Assembly: GCA_963804995.1 (NCBI GenBank)
Contig: CAWDSK010000003.1
Location: forward strand, 1,440,001 to 1,504,000
Direction of reading: 5' to 3'
From: an uncultured Acidobacteriota bacterium
GTDB taxonomy: Bacteria > Acidobacteriota > Terriglobia > UBA7540
Length of the DNA: 64,000 nt
Shown: positions 59,145 through 64,000 of the stretch, one piece after another
Position numbering within the stretch: position 1 is the first letter of the stretch
How the letters are laid out: every line of letters starts with the position of its first letter
Made by a program: the position numbers and the translations under genes
The notes under the pieces: generated by a model
Database searches by the model: none
Told to the model about the DNA's origin: nothing
Seen by the model: the letters and a program-made list of their open reading frames with translations, nothing else

Positions 59145-59510
59145 ATGCGCATCGCCATCCGATTCCTGGCCATTCTGACCATTGCCGCGCTTTTTGCACC
59201 CGGCGTGCGCTGGGTGGCCGTACGCGATGGCGGGGAATCGTGTTCTCCCGTGGTCTGCATGTGCCCAAACCATCACCAGGGCACTTCCGGCCAGACGATG
59301 CCCTGTTGCGCGGGTAAAGGCGGGCAGTGTGGACTCGATTCGCCTGACAGCGTCATCAACTCCCTTCTCAGCAACCTGATCTTTGTTCCCACGGAGCATC
59401 ACTTGTCGCGCCCCTTGAAGCTCTGGGCTCCCCACCCAGTGGCGGCCAGTTCGAACCTCTTACCCTCACACGATCAACCTCTTGACCAGCCTCCGCGCCC
59501 CACTCTCTGA
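59145..59510 (+). CDS. Small exported Cys/His-rich protein ending in a Pro-Pro-Arg motif (DUF2946-like)
   Basis: Signal-like N-terminus; C..VCMCPNHH...MPCC...C; C-terminal PLDQPPRPTL. Confidence 0.65.
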   Translation: MRIAIRFLAILTIAALFAPGVRWVAVRDGGESCSPVVCMCPNHHQGTSGQTMPCCAGKGGQCGLDSPDSVINSLLSNLIFVPTEHHLSRPLKLWAPHPVAASSNLLPSHDQPLDQPPRPTL

Positions 59511-59647
59511 TTCCTCATTGAAAACCATTTTGCGCGCCTTCTGTCGCAGGAAAAGGTGAAGGACCCTAGGACATCATCAGATGTCCGTGGTTACGGAATC
59601 GTCCGCGCCCGGCGCTCAATTCATATCCATACTTTCACGAGGTGCAC

Positions 59648-61852
59648 ATGAGGCAGAGGGTTCAATTTGCCGCGCTGCTGGGCTTACTAATTTCCTCGGC
59701 AGCGCTGGCCACAGATTCGGGACAGGTCCGGGGAGTCGTTCACGATCCTCAGCACCGTCCCATCGCGGGCGCGACGGTGACCCTTCACGCTCAATCCTCT
59801 TCCTGGTCTGCGGCCACTCAATCCGATTCCGAGGGCGAATTCCACTTTGCCAACGTGCCAGTCGGGGACTACACCGTGAACGCCACGGCGCCGGGATTCA
59901 GCGCTCAGGAGCAATCCATTTCCGTGGTCGTGGGGAAGTCGCCCGTCTTCCATTTTCCTCTGGAGATTGCCGCGTCGCGCCAGGTGGTGGAGGTCACGGA
60001 CCAGGAAAGCAGGCTCAAGACGCAATCCTCCACGGTGCAGACCATGGTCTCAACCCAGGAGATCGCCCACACCGCCGGCGCTGACCAGACCAACAGCCTG
60101 GCCATGATCACCGACTTCACCCCTGGGGCTTACGTGGTTCACGACATGCTTCACATGCGCGAAGGGCACCAGGTGAACTGGTTTTTCGACGGCATTCCGG
60201 TGATCAACACCAGCATCGCTACCAACGTGGCGCCTTTGATCAATCCCAAAAACGTGGAATCGCTCGAGGTCGAACGCGGCGGCTACTCCAGTGAATATGG
60301 CGACCGAACTTACGGGTTTTTCAATGTGGTTACGCCTTCGGGATTCGATCGCAATCGACAGGCGGAGTTGGTCACGTCCTACGGCAACTTCCACACGACG
60401 GACGACCAGTTGAGCTTCGGCAATCACACGGAACGCTTTGCCTACTACGCCAGCGTGGATGTTAATCGCTCTGACCTGGGCCTGACCACACCCACCTCCG
60501 CAGTGATTCACGATCAGGACAGCGGACTGGGTGGGTTTTTGTCATTGCTCTACAACGCCTCGCCGCACGATCAGGTGCGCTGGATCGCCTCCTTGCGCAG
60601 CGACCATTACGCTATCCCCAATGACGCGGATGCCCAGGCGCAAGGCATTCGCGATCTCGATTTGGAAAGCGATGACCTACTAGGCTTCCAATGGGTTCAT
60701 ACCGCACCCGCAGGGTTGATCCTTACGGTTTCCCCCTACTTACACTTCAACAGCGCCCACTTCCTGGGTGGACCCGGAGACACACCCACAATCCTGAACG
60801 AGAACAGCCGATCAGACTACGTGGGGGTGCGGGCCATGCTCCAGGCACTCAAGAAGCGTCACAACGCACGTGTCGGTATCGAGAGTTGGGGGCAACGCAA
60901 CAACGCTCTGTTCAACTTGACCGCTAATCCTGGCACCCAGATGCTTCACCAACAGGAGATGCACTGGGGGAGCACGGAGTCACTATTTGCGGAGGACACG
61001 TACCGGCCGACCTCCTGGCTCACGCTGGATGGCGGAATCCGGCTGGTTCATTACGGTGGGCTGCTCAGTGAGAATGCGGTGGACCCGCGCCTGGGCGGTG
61101 GCATCCGCATCCCGCATCTCGGGTGGACAGTGCGTGGTTACTACGCCTACTACTATCAACCACCACCCCTGGATAGCTTGACCGGCCCGCTGCTGGGTTT
61201 CGCCTTACAACAAGGGGTTAGCTTCACTCCTCTGCCGGGCGAGCGCGACATCCAGCATGACGTCGGCCTCACCGTGCCTTTCGGCGAGTGGATGCTGGAT
61301 GTTGATAACTACCACACCAATGCCCGCAATTTCCTGGACCACGACGAGGTGGGCAACTCCGACATCTTCGTCCCACTTACCGACGTCGCGGCACTCATCA
61401 GCGGCACGGAGATCACCCTGCGCACGCCGGAACTTTGGGGCCATGCGCGATTGCGGATCGCCTACGCGAACGCCGTGGGGAAGGGGCTCGGCCCCATCAC
61501 GGGAGGCCTGATCGAGTACGCGCCCACTAGTTACTTCTACCTCGATCACGACCAGCGCAACGGCTTCAGCACCGTGCTTCCGCTTAAGCTGCCACGCGGT
61601 TTCTGGGCCACACCCAGCGTCAATTTCGGCTCCGGCTTCGTGAACGGGAACGGTCCCGCACATTTGCCCCCACACACCACGGCGGATCTGGCCATGGGCA
61701 AGGACTTTGGAGAGAAGTGGTCATGTTCCCTGAACGGGACCAATGTGCTGAACAGCCGCTTTCTGCTGGACACCAGCAACACGTTTGGGGGAACCCACAC
61801 CGTAAACCCACGGCAGATTTATCTTGAGGTGCGGTACCGGTTCCACTACTAA
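59648..61852 (+). CDS. TonB-dependent receptor, probably metal uptake
   Basis: GVVHDPQ..PI.GA domain, HDMLH.R.GH, GG...EYGDR, C-terminal PRQIYLEVRYRFHY. Confidence 0.9.
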   Translation: MRQRVQFAALLGLLISSAALATDSGQVRGVVHDPQHRPIAGATVTLHAQSSSWSAATQSDSEGEFHFANVPVGDYTVNATAPGFSAQEQSISVVVGKSPVFHFPLEIAASRQVVEVTDQESRLKTQSSTVQTMVSTQEIAHTAGADQTNSLAMITDFTPGAYVVHDMLHMREGHQVNWFFDGIPVINTSIATNVAPLINPKNVESLEVERGGYSSEYGDRTYGFFNVVTPSGFDRNRQAELVTSYGNFHTTDDQLSFGNHTERFAYYASVDVNRSDLGLTTPTSAVIHDQDSGLGGFLSLLYNASPHDQVRWIASLRSDHYAIPNDADAQAQGIRDLDLESDDLLGFQWVHTAPAGLILTVSPYLHFNSAHFLGGPGDTPTILNENSRSDYVGVRAMLQALKKRHNARVGIESWGQRNNALFNLTANPGTQMLHQQEMHWGSTESLFAEDTYRPTSWLTLDGGIRLVHYGGLLSENAVDPRLGGGIRIPHLGWTVRGYYAYYYQPPPLDSLTGPLLGFALQQGVSFTPLPGERDIQHDVGLTVPFGEWMLDVDNYHTNARNFLDHDEVGNSDIFVPLTDVAALISGTEITLRTPELWGHARLRIAYANAVGKGLGPITGGLIEYAPTSYFYLDHDQRNGFSTVLPLKLPRGFWATPSVNFGSGFVNGNGPAHLPPHTTADLAMGKDFGEKWSCSLNGTNVLNSRFLLDTSNTFGGTHTVNPRQIYLEVRYRFHY

Positions 61853-62151
61853 CCTGGCGCCGGCAGCGCTGTAGAGGAGCGCCTCACCTGCCCTCCTTCG
61901 TCGTGGGCCGTCTCTCCAAGGGTAGGGGTGGATTTTGCGATTCCTAGCCCTCTCCGAGGGGTCGCAGATTCCGCCGCGGCGGGGAGAGGGTGTCCCGCGG
62001 CTGGCGCTCTTACCAGCCGGCGCGGGACGGGCCTACGCCCACCGAAGGGACACCTGAGAGCAGTAAACAACCTCAGCTTCGGCCCGCAGGCGGGTGAGGG
62101 GTCCCTTCTTATGTGGTGCGGACCTGATATGATGGGGGTGGGAGGTCTACG

Positions 62152-63039
62152 ATGCGTGCGCAGAGGTTAATGGCATGGCTCGCGGGCTTTGGCCTGCTCT
62201 TCGCTCTAACTTCCTGCCACACGCAGCCGCCCTTGCCGCAGCAGCGCTTCGAGGTGAAGGGCAAAGTGGTTGCGGTCGACAAGAGCGGCGGCACGGTGAC
62301 GCTCGAGCACGAAGAGATCCCGGGCTACATGGCTGCCATGACCATGGCCTACTCACTCAAGGATAAGTGGGCTTTTGATGTTTTGAAGCCGGGCCAGAGC
62401 GTGCACGCCACCCTGGTAGTCGCGACCGATCACGCCTGGCTGGAAGGGATCGTGGTCACCGAGGAGGCGAAGCCGGAGAGCACTTCGCTCGCGCCGCCCC
62501 AGGCTCTTCGCCCTCCCGAAACGGGCGCGGCTGTCCCGGACTTCCACCTCTTCAATCAAGACGGCAAGACCATCGACCTCCATCAATACCACGGCAAAGT
62601 TCTGCTGCTGACCTTCATCTACACGCGCTGCCCGCTTCCCGACTATTGCCCATTGATGAGCAAGAACTTTGCGAAGATCCGGGACGAACTGCATCGCGAC
62701 AACTCCCTGCCGGGTTCCATGCACCTGTTGAGCATCAGCCTTGACCCCGACTACGATACGCCCGCCGTCCTGCGCGCCTACGGGCTGGAATGCGTGGGCA
62801 AATCCGCAAGCGACCCGTTCAAGGATTGGGAGTTTGCCAGTGGGACCCCGGAGCAGGTTAGGAAGCTGGCGGAGTTTTTTGGCTTGAGCTACTGGAACGA
62901 CCACGACCAGATCGTGCACGCCCTGGTCACAGCGCTCATTGGCCCGGACGGAAAAGTGCGGAAGATTTATCCCGGCAACCAATGGCAGCCCGCTGATGTG
63001 CTGGGTGACTTGCGCAACCTGAAAGGGACTCGCGGATAA
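62152..63039 (+). CDS. Lipoprotein with CusF-like Cu-binding domain fused to a SCO domain
   Basis: Lipobox LTSC; HEEIPGYMAAMTM; FIYTRCPLPDYCP; IVH. Confidence 0.9.
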   Translation: MRAQRLMAWLAGFGLLFALTSCHTQPPLPQQRFEVKGKVVAVDKSGGTVTLEHEEIPGYMAAMTMAYSLKDKWAFDVLKPGQSVHATLVVATDHAWLEGIVVTEEAKPESTSLAPPQALRPPETGAAVPDFHLFNQDGKTIDLHQYHGKVLLLTFIYTRCPLPDYCPLMSKNFAKIRDELHRDNSLPGSMHLLSISLDPDYDTPAVLRAYGLECVGKSASDPFKDWEFASGTPEQVRKLAEFFGLSYWNDHDQIVHALVTALIGPDGKVRKIYPGNQWQPADVLGDLRNLKGTRG

Positions 63040-63111
63040 CCCGCATATCGTCCTTCGAGCGAACTGCCACGCGCCTCGGCGGCGCTGCCGTAGCCACCCT
63101 ACGGTCTACCG

Positions 63112-63221
63112 TAACCACCCCGGCGCTCTGAGCGCCACCCCTCCTAAATCAGGAGGGGAGTTGCATAGGAACTCCCCTCCTCAGATGAGGAGGGGTGGCG
63201 CGCCAAGCGCCGGGGTGGTGC
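63112..63221. repeat. REP-like doublet
   Basis: accaccccggcgc...cccctcct...aggagggg twice, ending gcgccggggtggt. Confidence 0.7.
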
Positions 63222-63306
63222 TGACAGAATTAAGTGGTCGTGCTGACAATGACACCGCCAACAATTTTTTCTGTCAGCCCTAAAGCCCCGCCCTTCAAGG
63301 GAACCC

Positions 63307-64000
63307 TCAAGCCCCCCGGCGGATGATCGGCTTCAGATCGTGCGGTGGGGGCGTGAACATATTCTTCGCGGTCAGCCCGCACTCCTTCGCCATTTGAATG
63401 CTGTACCCTAATCGGCCCACCTCTTCCCCGTGGGTATTGGAGCCAAACGAAAGTTTGAGTCCCGCGGTCTTGGCTTTCAAAATGAATTTCTTGCTGGGCA
63501 CTTTATAGGCACAACTGATTTCCATGGCGATGGTGTGCCGGCGGGCGGTCTCAATCACCTTTTCCATGCGCTCATTCGTCCAGAGCGCGCCGTAATCGTG
63601 CAGGATGTCGTCAGGCAGGAACGTGGCATGGGCAAGGATATCAAGCGGCTCCACGTTCATCACCTGAAGAGTGAAGGCTACGTATCGCTCCATGAAATCC
63701 TGCGCGTCGGTGATCACGGCTTCGGGCGTCCAGAGCTTGATCAGCCTGCCGTCTTTGTCGGGGAAGTTGAGCGCGTCGGAGAGAACATAATCCAACCGGG
63801 CGATCATTTCCTTTGAGAACATCTTCGCCCAGGTCAGTCCCCCGCCCTGCATGCCGCGATAGACCGGCTGGCCCTCCCAACGCGCCAGGTATTGCTCGAT
63901 GTCCGCGTCGGTCTTCATGCCTTCACCCACTCCGCCATGTTCCGCGACGCCAACTTTGACCCCACGCTGGCGCGCCAACTGCAAGACGTGCTCGATGGTC
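63307..64000 (-). CDS. PHP-domain (histidinol phosphatase-like) protein, 5' end beyond window
   Basis: GVAEHG, DILAH, AMEIS, FGSNTH; frame open to the window edge. Confidence 0.8.
   Translation of the reverse strand, partial: TIEHVLQLARQRGVKVGVAEHGGVGEGMKTDADIEQYLARWEGQPVYRGMQGGGLTWAKMFSKEMIARLDYVLSDALNFPDKDGRLIKLWTPEAVITDAQDFMERYVAFTLQVMNVEPLDILAHATFLPDDILHDYGALWTNERMEKVIETARRHTIAMEISCAYKVPSKKFILKAKTAGLKLSFGSNTHGEEVGRLGYSIQMAKECGLTAKNMFTPPPHDLKPIIRRGA

Overview
GC-rich bacterial chromosomal window, most likely Acidobacteriota (Terriglobia-like). This is inferred from the Oar-type TonB receptors, TPR-sulfatases, a cytochrome-fused quinoprotein and a BlaI/BlaR1 pair. It is mostly carbohydrate and envelope metabolism: a polyol ABC operon, Zn-dehydrogenases, an esterase, GH116, an MFS transporter, three TonB-type barrels, an S9 peptidase, an MttB-family methyltransferase and a copper-related cluster. 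It also has three toxin-antitoxin modules, and the intergenic DNA is dense with REP/MITE-like palindromes. Main observations: (1) a complete group II intron (9081-10993, minus) and an IS110-family IS1111-like element (44245-45980) sit at the equivalent nucleotide (TCTG^CGCCAGCC) of related REP-like hairpins, and the intron EBS1 loop is complementary to that site; (2) a translationally coupled three-gene operon (49267-53814) encodes an Oar-type barrel lacking its N-terminal domain and most of its plug, a secreted VWA-like protein and a membrane-anchored coiled coil, a candidate undescribed envelope-spanning system; (3) a RAYT remnant lies beside REP direct repeats interleaved with TA cassettes; (4) a Cys/His-rich, Pro-Pro-Arg-ending ORF precedes a TonB receptor and a CusF-SCO gene. 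Three genes carry +1 frameshifts that may be sequencing errors. No rRNA, tRNA or CRISPR array was recognised. All calls come from motif recognition by eye; no database searches were run.
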